Source of the DNA: Sinorhizobium meliloti | GTDB taxonomy: Bacteria; Pseudomonadota; Alphaproteobacteria; Rhizobiales; Rhizobiaceae | Length of the DNA: 32,000 nt | Reading direction: 5' to 3' | Assembly (NCBI RefSeq): GCF_017876815.1 | Contig: NZ_JAGIOS010000001.1 | Location: 1,950,001 to 1,982,000, forward strand | Part shown: one piece after another, positions 1-8,030 of the stretch | How positions within the stretch are numbered: position 1 is the first letter of the stretch | How the letters are laid out: each line of letters starts with the position of its first letter | The notes under the pieces: generated by a model | What the model was told of the DNA's origin: nothing | Databases searched by the model: none | Seen by the model: only the letters and a program-made list of their open reading frames with translations | Translations under genes and position numbers: made by a program

Positions 1-260
1 GGCAGTTCTGCCGGATTGCGGATCGCGGTCACCTTGATCGGCTTGCCGTTGTTGATGACGATCGCGTCGCCGTCGACCTTCACGTCGGCCGGAAAGCGGC
101 CGTGGATGGAATCGAAGCGCAGCAGGTGAGCGTTGGTCTCGACCGGACCGAGGTCGTTGATGGCAACGACTTCGATGTCCGTGCGGCCGGATTCGACGAT
201 GGCGCGGAGAACGTTGCGGCCGATGCGGCCAAAACCGTTGATGGCGACTTTCACTGTCAT
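1..260 (-). CDS. gap: glyceraldehyde-3-phosphate dehydrogenase, N-terminal part (gene runs off the left edge)
   Basis: My translation of the reverse strand from the ATG at 260..258 gives [56 protein letters not shown]. This carries the INGFGRIGR Rossmann N-terminus of type I GAPDH. A GGGAGAG Shine-Dalgarno lies about 7 nt upstream. The ORF is absent from the track because it is open at the window edge. Confidence 0.9.
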   Translation of the reverse strand, partial: MTVKVAINGFGRIGRNVLRAIVESGRTDIEVVAINDLGPVETNAHLLRFDSIHGRFPADVKVDGDAIVINNGKPIKVTAIRNPAEL

Positions 261-329
261 ATCGGGTCTCTCCCTGTCAGAATGCGTGTGGTGGGAAGGA
301 GGACATCCGGGAATGTCCTCCAGGCTTGA

Positions 330-2312
330 TCAGGACAGCTTGGCTTCGGCGGACGCAACCACGACTTCTGGCGTAATGCCGAAGTGCTTGTAGAGATCCT
401 TGTAGGGGCCCGAAGCACCGAAGCTCGACATGCCGATGAAGATGCCATCGTTGCCGATGAAGTGGTCCCAGCCCTGGCGGATGCCGGCTTCGACGGCGAT
501 CTTGACCGGCGACGTGCCGATGATCGCCTGCTGGTAGTCCTCGCTCTGCTCGGCGAAGAGCTCGAAGCAGGGGACGGAGACGACGCGCGTCGCGATGCCC
601 TTGGCGGTCAGCGTCTGGCAGGCCTTGACGGCGATCTCGACTTCCGAGCCGGTGGCGAAGATCGTCACCTGCGCATCGCTTGCGGAGATCAGGTCATAGG
701 CGCCGCGGGCGCAGAGGTTCTGTTCCTCGTATTCCGTGCGCACCGCCATCAGGTTCTGGCGGGTGAGCGCAAGACCGGAGGGGCGCTTGCGGTTTTCCAG
801 GGCGAGCTGCCAGCATTCGGCGGTCTCCGTCGCATCCGCGGGGCGGAACATCAGGAGATTGGGGATGGCCCGAAGCGCGGCCATGTGCTCGACCGGCTGG
901 TGGGTCGGCCCGTCCTCGCCGAGACCGATGGAATCATGCGTGAGCACGTGGATGACGCGGATGCCCATGAGCGCGGCAAGGCGGATCGACGGGCGGCAAT
1001 AATCCGAGAAGATCAGGAAGCCGCCGGAATAGGGGATGAGGCCGCCATGCAGCGCCATGCCGTTCATTGCGGCCGCCATGCCGTGCTCGCGCACGCCGTA
1101 GTGGATGTAGCGGCCGGAGAAATCGTCCGGGGTGATGGAGTGTGTCTGGCTCGTCTTGGTATTGTTGGAGCCGGTCAGGTCGGCAGAGCCGCCGATCGTC
1201 TCGGCAAGTACGCCGTTGATGACTTCCAGCGCATCCTCCGAAGCCTTGCGCGTCGCCGGCGAGGGCTTGGTCTCGGCAAGCTTCTGCTTGTAGGCGCCGA
1301 TCGCAGAGGCGAGGCTGCCTTCGAGCTCGCCGGAGAAGCGGCGGACGAACTGCGCCTTCTTCTCCGCCTCAGCGGCTTCGAGCCGTTCTTCCCATTCCTT
1401 GCGCGCCTTGGCCGACCGCAGGCCTGCGATGCGCCAGGCGTCGAGCACGTCGGAGGGAACCGTGAACGCCTCGGCTTCCCAGCCGAGCGCCTTGCGGGTG
1501 GCGGCGATTTCCTCGGCGCCGAGCGGGGAGCCGTGGACCTTGTGCGTACCGGCCTTGTTCGGCGCACCGAAGCCGATCACGGTCTTGCAGGCGATCATGG
1601 TCGGCTTGTCGGACTTGTGAGCCTCTTCGATCGCGGCGGCGATCGCTTCGGGATCATGGCCGTCGACGGCGATCGTGTGCCATTTGCTGGCGCGGAAGCG
1701 GGCGTGCTGGTCGGTCGAGTCGGCAATGGAGATCGGACCGTCGATCGAGATGTTGTTGTCGTCCCAGAAGACGATCAGCTTGTTGAGCTTCAGGTGGCCG
1801 GCAAGCGCGATCGCTTCCTGACTGATCCCTTCCATCAGGCAGCCGTCGCCGGCGAGCACATAGGTATAATGCTCCATCAGTTCGCTGCCGAACTCTTCGC
1901 GCAGCTTGCGCTCGGCGATCGCCATGCCGACGGAATTGGCAATGCCCTGGCCGAGCGGACCCGTGGTCGTCTCGATGCCGGCGGCGTGGCCGTATTCCGG
2001 GTGACCCGCCGTGCGCGAACCCAGCTGGCGGAAGTTCTTGATCTCGTCGATGGTGATGTCGTCGTAGCCCGTGAGGTAGAGCAGCGAATAGAGCAGCATG
2101 GACCCGTGGCCGGCCGACAGGACGAAGCGGTCGCGGTTCGGCCAGGCGGGGTTTTTAGGGTCGAAGCTCAGATAGCGGGTGAACAGCACTGTTGCGATAT
2201 CGGCGGCGCCCATTGGGAGGCCAGGGTGGCCGGAATTTGCCTTCTCGACGGCGTCCATGGAGAGGAAGCGGATTGCATTCGCCATCCGGTCGTGTTTTTC
2301 GCGAGAGATCAT
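330..2312 (-). CDS. tkt: transketolase
   Basis: 660-aa ORF with the N-terminal [18 protein letters not shown] motif and the thiamine-diphosphate motif [13 protein letters not shown]. Length is typical of transketolase, and tkt followed by gap on the same strand is a common arrangement. Confidence 0.95.
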   Translation of the reverse strand: MISREKHDRMANAIRFLSMDAVEKANSGHPGLPMGAADIATVLFTRYLSFDPKNPAWPNRDRFVLSAGHGSMLLYSLLYLTGYDDITIDEIKNFRQLGSRTAGHPEYGHAAGIETTTGPLGQGIANSVGMAIAERKLREEFGSELMEHYTYVLAGDGCLMEGISQEAIALAGHLKLNKLIVFWDDNNISIDGPISIADSTDQHARFRASKWHTIAVDGHDPEAIAAAIEEAHKSDKPTMIACKTVIGFGAPNKAGTHKVHGSPLGAEEIAATRKALGWEAEAFTVPSDVLDAWRIAGLRSAKARKEWEERLEAAEAEKKAQFVRRFSGELEGSLASAIGAYKQKLAETKPSPATRKASEDALEVINGVLAETIGGSADLTGSNNTKTSQTHSITPDDFSGRYIHYGVREHGMAAAMNGMALHGGLIPYSGGFLIFSDYCRPSIRLAALMGIRVIHVLTHDSIGLGEDGPTHQPVEHMAALRAIPNLLMFRPADATETAECWQLALENRKRPSGLALTRQNLMAVRTEYEEQNLCARGAYDLISASDAQVTIFATGSEVEIAVKACQTLTAKGIATRVVSVPCFELFAEQSEDYQQAIIGTSPVKIAVEAGIRQGWDHFIGNDGIFIGMSSFGASGPYKDLYKHFGITPEVVVASAEAKLS

Positions 2313-2640
2313 GACTGTTCCGTTTGCGTTCGGTGGTCAGGGGACGGTCTCTATCCTCCAAAGACCGCATGAGAAGCGGCAGACACATAGCAGGTGCGTG
2401 AGCCGAGTCAATAAATACGGGCCCTCCGCGACCAAATGCGGCGGCCCCGGCGCGGCGCCTCTCGATGGCAGAAACGCCGCCGGTCGGTGGCCGGTTCGGG
2501 AGGCGAAATCGACCATCCACAGCTTCCGCAGTTCAATGCCGCGCTTGGCATTGTTGAGACTTGCGTAATAGGTTTAAAAAGAAAAGGGCCGAAGTGATGA
2601 ACGCTCTACGATTCGGCCTTGGAGCGAGGCGCATCCAGGC

Positions 2641-2668
2641 AAGGTGCAAGCGCTCCGCACTTTGTTTT
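2641..2668 (+). terminator. candidate intrinsic terminator or attenuator upstream of the DUF4164-zapA operon
   Basis: AAGGTGC (2641-2647) pairs with GCACTTT (2657-2663) around a 9-nt loop and runs into TTTGTTTT (2661-2668). It is preceded by a second hairpin, GGCCGAA 2587-2593 / TTCGGCC 2612-2618. No plus-strand CDS lies upstream for it to terminate. Confidence 0.3.
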
Positions 2669-2711
2669 AGGGCAGGGCGAAGCCGCTCCCCCTAGAGAGG
2701 TATCGGAAGAC

Positions 2712-2981
2712 ATGCCGGCAAAGACGGTCAAGGCGGCGATCGACGAGTTGCGCAACGCGGTTCAGTCTCTTGAGATCGCGATCGACGGCCGCTTCGACAA
2801 GGAAAGGGATGTGAGCGAGTTCGAAGGCGAGGTCAGGCGGGTCAACGAGGACCGGTCTCGCCTGGCGCAGGAACTCGACCAATCCCAATTCCGCGCCAAC
2901 CGGTTGGAAGAGGTCAATCGCGAGGTATCCCGTCGTCTGGTGACGGCGATGGAGACCATTCGCGCGGTGCTGGATCGCTGA
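2712..2981 (+). CDS. DUF4164-like coiled-coil protein, usual upstream partner of zapA in alpha-proteobacteria
   Basis: This is the in-frame ATG (MPAKTVKAAIDELRNAV...) inside the 2619..2981 ORF, with an AGAGAGG purine-rich stretch 11 nt upstream. The protein is coiled-coil-like and charged, and its stop lies 12 nt before the zapA start. The start choice is uncertain because the track ORF begins at a TTG at 2619. Confidence 0.6.
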   Translation: MPAKTVKAAIDELRNAVQSLEIAIDGRFDKERDVSEFEGEVRRVNEDRSRLAQELDQSQFRANRLEEVNREVSRRLVTAMETIRAVLDR

Positions 2982-2993
2982 GGTTCTGAACGT

Positions 2994-3371
2994 ATGGCGC
3001 AGGTGACGGTAACGATCGACGGCAAGGCCTACCGGATGGCCTGCGAGGAAGGGCAGGAAGATCACCTCGGCGACCTCGCGACCAGGTTCGACCAGTATGT
3101 CGGCCATCTGAAGGCCCAGTTCGGCGAAATCGGCGACCTCAGGATCACCGTCATGGCGGGGATCATGGTCATGGACGAGTTGAGCGAGGTCAATCGCCGG
3201 CTGAAGAGCATCGAAGCGGAAGTGGACGATCTGAAGAGAGGCCGCGATACCGCGCTTTCGGATCAGACGAGAAGCGAGGAGGCGCTTGCCTCGGCGCTCG
3301 GCGAGGTGACGGCGCAGATTCAGGATATCGCCGCCAAGCTCAACGGGCGGCCGACTCCCTCGGCAAATTGA
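2994..3371 (+). CDS. zapA: cell division protein ZapA
   Basis: 125 aa. The N-terminus VTVTIDGKAYRMACEEGQEDHL followed by a C-terminal coiled coil is typical of the ZapA family. The context is DUF4164-zapA followed by the 6S region and ygfA. Confidence 0.85.
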   Translation: MAQVTVTIDGKAYRMACEEGQEDHLGDLATRFDQYVGHLKAQFGEIGDLRITVMAGIMVMDELSEVNRRLKSIEAEVDDLKRGRDTALSDQTRSEEALASALGEVTAQIQDIAAKLNGRPTPSAN

Positions 3372-3399
3372 GCCCCGCCTGCGATTTCGCAGAAATTAT

Positions 3400-3560
3400 G
3401 CAGCTCCATCGCATCCGGCTCTGGTGAAAAGCCCCGGGACGCTCTATATCTGCCAGGCGATCTGCGCTTCCCGACAGGAACCACAATCCCCGGGGCCATA
3501 CACGATCTCAAGGGGACTGTCCCTGGCCGGACCCGTGGGTCCGGGCATACGGTGCCCACC
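3400..3560 (+). ncRNA. ssrS: candidate 6S RNA (ssrS); ends and strand are approximate
   Basis: The position is syntenic: 6S RNA lies between zapA and the 5-formyl-THF cyclo-ligase gene in E. coli and many proteobacteria. A long irregular hairpin can be drawn. GCCCCGGG 3431-3438 pairs with CCCGGGGC 3489-3496 and encloses an apical stem at 3449-3478. TCCGGCT 3414-3420 pairs with GGCCGGA 3525-3531. The asymmetric unpaired region between them has a 3-prime strand (ACACGATCTCAAGGGGACTGTCCCTGG) resembling the E. coli 6S central-bubble 3-prime strand. The fold is nearly strand-symmetric, so the strand call rests on synteny. Confidence 0.45.
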
Positions 3561-3587
3561 TACCTAGTAGGTACCCGGGATCGTAAA

Positions 3588-4496
3588 TCATCCATCGGTC
3601 GTCGTGGATCGCACTTCTTCCTTTTCCTTCTCGGCCGGTGCCCGGAACGCTCGGCGGATGGCATCCGCCATCGCGTCGACCGTCGGCGACCGGTTCCCGC
3701 GCCTCGTCCGCAGCACGACATTGGTCATGTCGATGATGCCGAAGCCGTCCTCCTCGGTAAGTTCCCTGCACCCCGCCGGTATGGCGGTTCGCGACAAGGG
3801 TGCGATGGCAAGGCCCGAAATGAGGGCGGCGATGAGGCCGCCGCTCGTGCGGCTCACATATGCGATGCGAGACTCTATGCCGCGGCTCTGCAGGCTCCGC
3901 CGGGCCAGTTCGTCGCACCAGCCGCCTTCGGCATAGGTATAGGTCGCGATCGGTACCGGCCGGCGCTCATGGGCACCGTGCTGGTCGCAGGTCGCCCAGA
4001 CTGTAGGGTTCACCATCAGGACCTCGTTCCGGCTGCGCCCGCCCGGCTCGAAGACGACGGCGATGTCGAGTTCTCCGGCCGCGAGCGCTGCCGAATTGGC
4101 CATGGAGGTTTCCTGCCGCACCGTCACCTCCACGCCCGGATGAATGGCAGCGAAGGCGCCAAGTGCCTTCGGAAGCGTGGAGTTGACGTATTCCTCCGAA
4201 ATCCCGATCCGGACCGAACCCTCGAGCGCCGGCGATCGCATGGCCGCCGCGGTGTCGTCGAGAAGAGAGACGATGCGGCGCGCATTGTCGGCGAGCCGCC
4301 GCCCGTCATCGGTCAGTATGACGCCGCGCGAATGGCGTTCGAAAAGCGCCGAGCCGATGAGCTCCTCGAGCTTGCGGATCTGCATGCTGACGGCCGACTG
4401 CGTCCGCCGCACCGTATCGGCAGCCCGCGTCAGGTTGCCGGTGTCGGCGACCGCGAGAAAGGTTCTGAGCAGATCGCTGTCGAGCGGAGTTGACAT
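3588..4496 (-). CDS. LysR-family transcriptional regulator
   Basis: N-terminal winged-HTH region LDSDLLRTFLAVADTGNLTRAADTVRRTQSAVSMQIRKLEE, followed by a LysR substrate-binding-type C-terminal domain. The start is taken at MSTPLDSD (ATG 4496). The track ORF extends to 4529, but that start has no Shine-Dalgarno. Confidence 0.9.
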   Translation of the reverse strand: MSTPLDSDLLRTFLAVADTGNLTRAADTVRRTQSAVSMQIRKLEELIGSALFERHSRGVILTDDGRRLADNARRIVSLLDDTAAAMRSPALEGSVRIGISEEYVNSTLPKALGAFAAIHPGVEVTVRQETSMANSAALAAGELDIAVVFEPGGRSRNEVLMVNPTVWATCDQHGAHERRPVPIATYTYAEGGWCDELARRSLQSRGIESRIAYVSRTSGGLIAALISGLAIAPLSRTAIPAGCRELTEEDGFGIIDMTNVVLRTRRGNRSPTVDAMADAIRRAFRAPAEKEKEEVRSTTTDG

Positions 4497-4604
4497 GCTG
4501 TCGCCATAAGAAAACTTGATGACAGGCATGGTTGCAATTCATTTGTCAGATGTCAACAAAGGAGAGAGGATCGAGGCTGTCGCTTTCCTCCCGAGGGTCT
4601 CGCC

Positions 4605-4838
4605 ATGCCCGTTCTGGTCGTGCCAGCACATCCTGCCGCTCGAAGCTCCCCGCCGCTTGCGACGGCGTTTGCGCGTTGGCGGCTGGGGCTCACCCTTTAC
4701 ATGGAATGGTCGATCGTAAGCCGCCGCGCCGACCCGCACCTGCTGGCAGACGCAGCTATCCCGGACACATATCGTCTCGGATGCGAGGAAGCCCGGCGCC
4801 AGCGTGAAGCGGTTCGGCATCTGCACTGGATGCTGTAA
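4605..4838 (+). CDS. hypothetical small protein (77 aa), divergent from the LysR gene; doubtful
   Basis: ATG preceded by GAGGG at a 7-nt spacing. Third-position GC is about 70 percent by my count, only moderately coding-like. I recognise no family motif. Confidence 0.15.
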   Translation: MPVLVVPAHPAARSSPPLATAFARWRLGLTLYMEWSIVSRRADPHLLADAAIPDTYRLGCEEARRQREAVRHLHWML

Positions 4839-5005
4839 ATCAGCTCCCTCCGGGAAAGCTCCATAAAGCGTCGCGATACGCGAACGAGTCGCGAAGTATT
4901 GCAAAAAGCGGCGGCCGCATGGTTCCAGCCGGAGGCCGTTTTGCGCTATGGCAGGGGCATTCCGATCATGTAAAAGCGGTTCGGTCTGCCCGGAAGGAAG
5001 GTTCG

Positions 5006-5587
5006 ATGTCACCCAGGGATTTGAAGGCAGCGTTGAGGAAGGAGCGGCTGGCGCTCCGCGATGCGATGCCGGCGGAAGTGCGGATCGAGGCGAGCCTTGC
5101 CATGGCCGATCATGCCGGCGACATTATCGCGCTCGATCCGGGACATGTCGTCTCGGGCTTCTGGCCGATCCGTTCGGAGGCCGACGTCCGGCCGCTGATG
5201 GTGCGGCTCAGGGATCGCGGTGCGCGCCTCTGCCTGCCGGTGATCCTGGACAGCAAGGACATCGTTTTCCGGGAACTGCTCGACGGCATCGCAGTCGTCG
5301 AAACCGGTTTCGGCACCACCGGTCCCGGCCCCGATGCGCCGGAAGTCGATCCGGACATCATGCTCGTACCGCTTTCGGCCTTCGATGCCGTGGGCCATCG
5401 GATCGGCTACGGCGCCGGCTATTATGATCGGGCGATCGAGCGGCTGCGTCGCAAAGGCCACATGCCGCGCCTGATCGGGATTGCATTCGACTGCCAGGAA
5501 GTGGCATCAGTGCCGGCTGAACCGCACGACGTGGCGCTGGACGCCGTATTGACGGAGAGCGGTTTTCGGCATTTCAGAGCGGGATGA
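5006..5587 (+). CDS. ygfA: 5-formyltetrahydrofolate cyclo-ligase
   Basis: Internal ATG (MSPRDLKAALRKERL...) preceded by GGAAGGAAG 5-6 nt upstream. The family motif IGYGAGYYDR is present. The resulting length of about 193 aa is typical, and the position downstream of the zapA/6S region is syntenic. Confidence 0.85.
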   Translation: MSPRDLKAALRKERLALRDAMPAEVRIEASLAMADHAGDIIALDPGHVVSGFWPIRSEADVRPLMVRLRDRGARLCLPVILDSKDIVFRELLDGIAVVETGFGTTGPGPDAPEVDPDIMLVPLSAFDAVGHRIGYGAGYYDRAIERLRRKGHMPRLIGIAFDCQEVASVPAEPHDVALDAVLTESGFRHFRAG

Positions 5588-5696
5588 GGATATTTTGCGC
5601 GGATTCCGCCACATCCTGTTCTAAATTCATGGAACCGACCACGTGCACGATTTGGTGTCGATCCAAATTGCCTTGGTCCAAGCGGGATTGACCGGC

Positions 5697-6521
5697 ATGC
5701 GACTTCTGTTTCTGGGGGATATGGTGGGCAAGACGGGCCGCATGGCCGTCTGGGAGCGCCTCCCGGGACTCGTGAGCGATCTCAAGCTCGACTTCGTCAT
5801 CGTCAATGGCGAGAACGCAGCCGGCGGGTTCGGCATCACCGAAGACATCTTTCTCGAGACGATCAGCGCCGGCGCCGATGTAGTGACCACCGGCAATCAC
5901 GTCTGGGATCAGAAGGAGGCGGTGGTCTTCTGCGAGCGGCACGATCAGTTCCTGCGGCCGGCAAACTATCCTGCGGGGACGCCGGGTCGCGGTTCCAATC
6001 TTTTCTTCGCGCGAAACGGCGCACGCGTTCTGGTTGCCAATGTCATGGGGCGGGTCTTCATGCATCCCGAGCTCGACGATCCCTTCAAGACGGCCGAGGC
6101 GATCCTTGACGCCTGCCCGCTCGGCGAGCAGGCCGATGCAGTCGTCTTCGATTTTCACGCGGAGGCGACGAGCGAGAAGCAATGCTTCGGCCACTTCGTC
6201 GACGGGCGTGCCAGCCTGGTGGTCGGCACGCACACCCATGTGCCGACGGCGGACCATCAGATACTCAACGGTGGCACCGGCTATATGAGCGATGCCGGCA
6301 TGTGCGGCGACTACGACTCGTCCTTGGGGATGGACAAGGAAGAGCCGCTCAACCGGTTCATCTCGAAGATGCCCAAGGGCCGCTTCGAAGCGGCATCCGG
6401 CCCGGCGACCATCTGCGGCGTCGGGATCGAGATTTCGGACCGGACGGGATTGGCGGAGAAGATCGCGCCGCTCAGGATCGGCCCGCGTCTGGCCGAGACG
6501 ATCCCGCAATTCTGGGTTTGA
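5697..6521 (+). CDS. YmdB-like metallophosphoesterase (TIGR00282 type)
   Basis: MRLLFLGDMVGKTGR, VIVNGENAAGGFGIT and TTGNHVWDQKE are the metallophosphoesterase motifs of the YmdB family. The start is taken at the MRLLFLGD ATG. Confidence 0.85.
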   Translation: MRLLFLGDMVGKTGRMAVWERLPGLVSDLKLDFVIVNGENAAGGFGITEDIFLETISAGADVVTTGNHVWDQKEAVVFCERHDQFLRPANYPAGTPGRGSNLFFARNGARVLVANVMGRVFMHPELDDPFKTAEAILDACPLGEQADAVVFDFHAEATSEKQCFGHFVDGRASLVVGTHTHVPTADHQILNGGTGYMSDAGMCGDYDSSLGMDKEEPLNRFISKMPKGRFEAASGPATICGVGIEISDRTGLAEKIAPLRIGPRLAETIPQFWV

Positions 6522-6522
6522 G

Positions 6523-6588
6523 CGGCAGAGCTTCTGTTTCTCCACCTGCAATCCTGCCGCGCCCTGCCTCTGCCGAATTGCCTTTTTT
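6523..6588 (+). terminator. possible weak terminator after the YmdB-like gene
   Basis: CGGCAGAG 6523-6530 pairs with CTCTGCCG 6568-6575 across a long 37-nt loop. TTTTTT at 6583-6588 follows 7 nt later. The geometry is poor. Confidence 0.25.
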
Positions 6589-6872
6589 CAAGGGTGACAG
6601 ACCTGTCAAATGGTGGCAGGTTAGCGACCAAATGAGAGCCGCAATCCACGCGGCCGCTATTCGCAAGTTTCCATGCCCAATAGTTGAAGCGGGATGCGGG
6701 CGGAGGCGCCCATACCTTCCCTCGTCCCGTCTTAGTGCAACCGAGCCCTATAGCGCCGCACGTCTGTCGGACGCTTAAAGGTCGCTATAGCGCCCCGGTA
6801 TTGGAATGTCGCCGCGCCAATTGCAGACCCCGGTGCCGGCGATCTGATGTTCAGGTAATTTGGAGAGCGTGC

Positions 6873-8030
6873 ATGTTGCGAAAGTGGCGTCTGCCGGCCA
6901 TCGCCGGCGTATTCGTCTCCCTTCTCGTTTCGGCACCGGCGGTCGCGCAGGACGCGCAAATGCCGACGGTGACCGTTGCCAAGCCGGTCGTGCGCGACGT
7001 CATCGACGCCGACGAATTCATCGGCCGCTTCGAGGCGGTCGACGAGGTTTCGATCCGCGCGCGGGTCGGGGGCTATCTCGATCAGGTCTTCTTCACCGAC
7101 GGTGCCATGGTGAAGAAGGGCGACAAGCTCTTCGTCATCGACCAGCGGCCGTTCCGCACCGCTCTTTCCCAGGCGGAAGCCTCGCTCGAGGCAGCGCGAT
7201 CGACGCTCGTCTTCGCGGAGACCACGTTCAAGCGAACGGAATCGCTCGCCGGAACCGGCACGCTCTCCGTGTCCAGGCTCGACGACGACCGCCGGGCGCT
7301 GCTCTCGGCACAGGCGAATGTACGCGGCGCCGAGGCGGCGGTTGAGCGGGCCAGGCTCGATCTCGATTACACCACCATCACCGCGCCGCTGAGCGGCCGC
7401 GTCGACCGGCGGCTCATCTCCCCGGGCAATCTCGTCCAGGCGGACCAGACGGTACTGACGACGATCGTCTCGCTCGATCCGATCGATTTCTATTTCGATG
7501 TCGACGAGCGCCGGCTGCTTTCCTATGCGCGGACGGCGCGGGAACGCGGCAGCGCGCTGCAGGAAGGGGCCGGCTCCATCCCGGTGCTCGTCACGATCGC
7601 CGACGCCAACGAGCCGCCTTTCGAAGGCAAGCTCGATTTCGCCGAGAACCGGGTCGACAACGAGACCGGCACGATGCGGGTGCGCGCCCGCTTTGCGAAC
7701 CCCAAATTCGTCCTGCAGCCCGGCCTGTTCGGGCGTGTGGAAGTCGAAGGCTCGAATACCTATCGAGCGGTTCTCGTCCCTGACGAGGCAATCGCTGCCG
7801 ACCAGAACGAACGCATCGTCTACGTGGTCGGCGAGGATGGCAGCGTCGCCACCAAACCGGTCCGTCTTGGCCCGAGGCTCCACGGTTACAGGGTCATCCG
7901 CAGCGGCTTGACGGGGGACGAGACAGTCGTCGTCAACGGCCTCATGCGCGTCCGGCCGGGGGTGAAGGTCAAGCCCGAACTCGTCGTCCTGCCCCCCGAG
8001 GCCGCGCAATCGGCGGAGAATGCCCAATGA
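6873..8030 (+). CDS. efflux RND transporter periplasmic adaptor subunit (membrane fusion protein)
   Basis: ATG at 6873 with a GGAGAG Shine-Dalgarno and a signal-like N-terminus MLRKWRLPAIAGVFVSLLVSAPAVAQ. HlyD/AcrA-type pattern is present (GRFEAVDEVSIRARVGGYL..., ITAPLSGRV). The stop overlaps the pump start (ATGA at 8027-8030). Confidence 0.85.
   Translation: MLRKWRLPAIAGVFVSLLVSAPAVAQDAQMPTVTVAKPVVRDVIDADEFIGRFEAVDEVSIRARVGGYLDQVFFTDGAMVKKGDKLFVIDQRPFRTALSQAEASLEAARSTLVFAETTFKRTESLAGTGTLSVSRLDDDRRALLSAQANVRGAEAAVERARLDLDYTTITAPLSGRVDRRLISPGNLVQADQTVLTTIVSLDPIDFYFDVDERRLLSYARTARERGSALQEGAGSIPVLVTIADANEPPFEGKLDFAENRVDNETGTMRVRARFANPKFVLQPGLFGRVEVEGSNTYRAVLVPDEAIAADQNERIVYVVGEDGSVATKPVRLGPRLHGYRVIRSGLTGDETVVVNGLMRVRPGVKVKPELVVLPPEAAQSAENAQ

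Noticed and set aside
384-2372. Very long ORFs antisense to, or out of frame with, recognised genes. Examples are 384..2372(+) opposite tkt, 8075..11224(-) opposite the RND pump, 12338..13120(-), 14599..15645(-), 19705..20943(+), 22916..24217(+), 24378..25619(-), and 25585..26682 / 25610..26746(-).
   Set aside because: High-GC DNA is depleted in stop codons, so the strand opposite a real gene often stays open. The products are Arg/Gly/Asp/Pro-rich low-complexity strings with no recognisable motifs. In every case the other frame encodes a protein with clear family signatures.
3372-3587. Calling the 6S-like RNA on the minus strand.
   Set aside because: It is not fully excluded. One register of the apical stem gains two G-U pairs on the minus strand. 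However, an alternative register and the 3414-3420/3525-3531 helix favour plus. Synteny with zapA and the resemblance of the 3-prime bubble strand to E. coli 6S also favour plus. The call is kept as plus at low confidence.
4539-5012. 157-aa minus-strand ORF spanning the lysR/ygfA gap.
   Set aside because: I saw no Shine-Dalgarno. The composition is odd, with a KRRRKRR run and many Cys and Trp residues. It overlaps the ygfA start and has no family resemblance. It is most likely a chance open frame.
6684-6872. N-terminal extensions offered by the ORF track. These are the adaptor from 6684, sqdC up to 18977, sqdB up to 21018, tolB from 26662, pal from 28265, ygfA from 4919, the YmdB-like gene from 5643, and ruvA from 14986.
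   Set aside because: In each case an internal ATG is preceded by a good Shine-Dalgarno and starts the conserved N-terminus: a signal peptide, a Rossmann motif, or an ATGA stop-start overlap. The extensions overlap neighbouring genes or encode Arg/Pro-rich junk.
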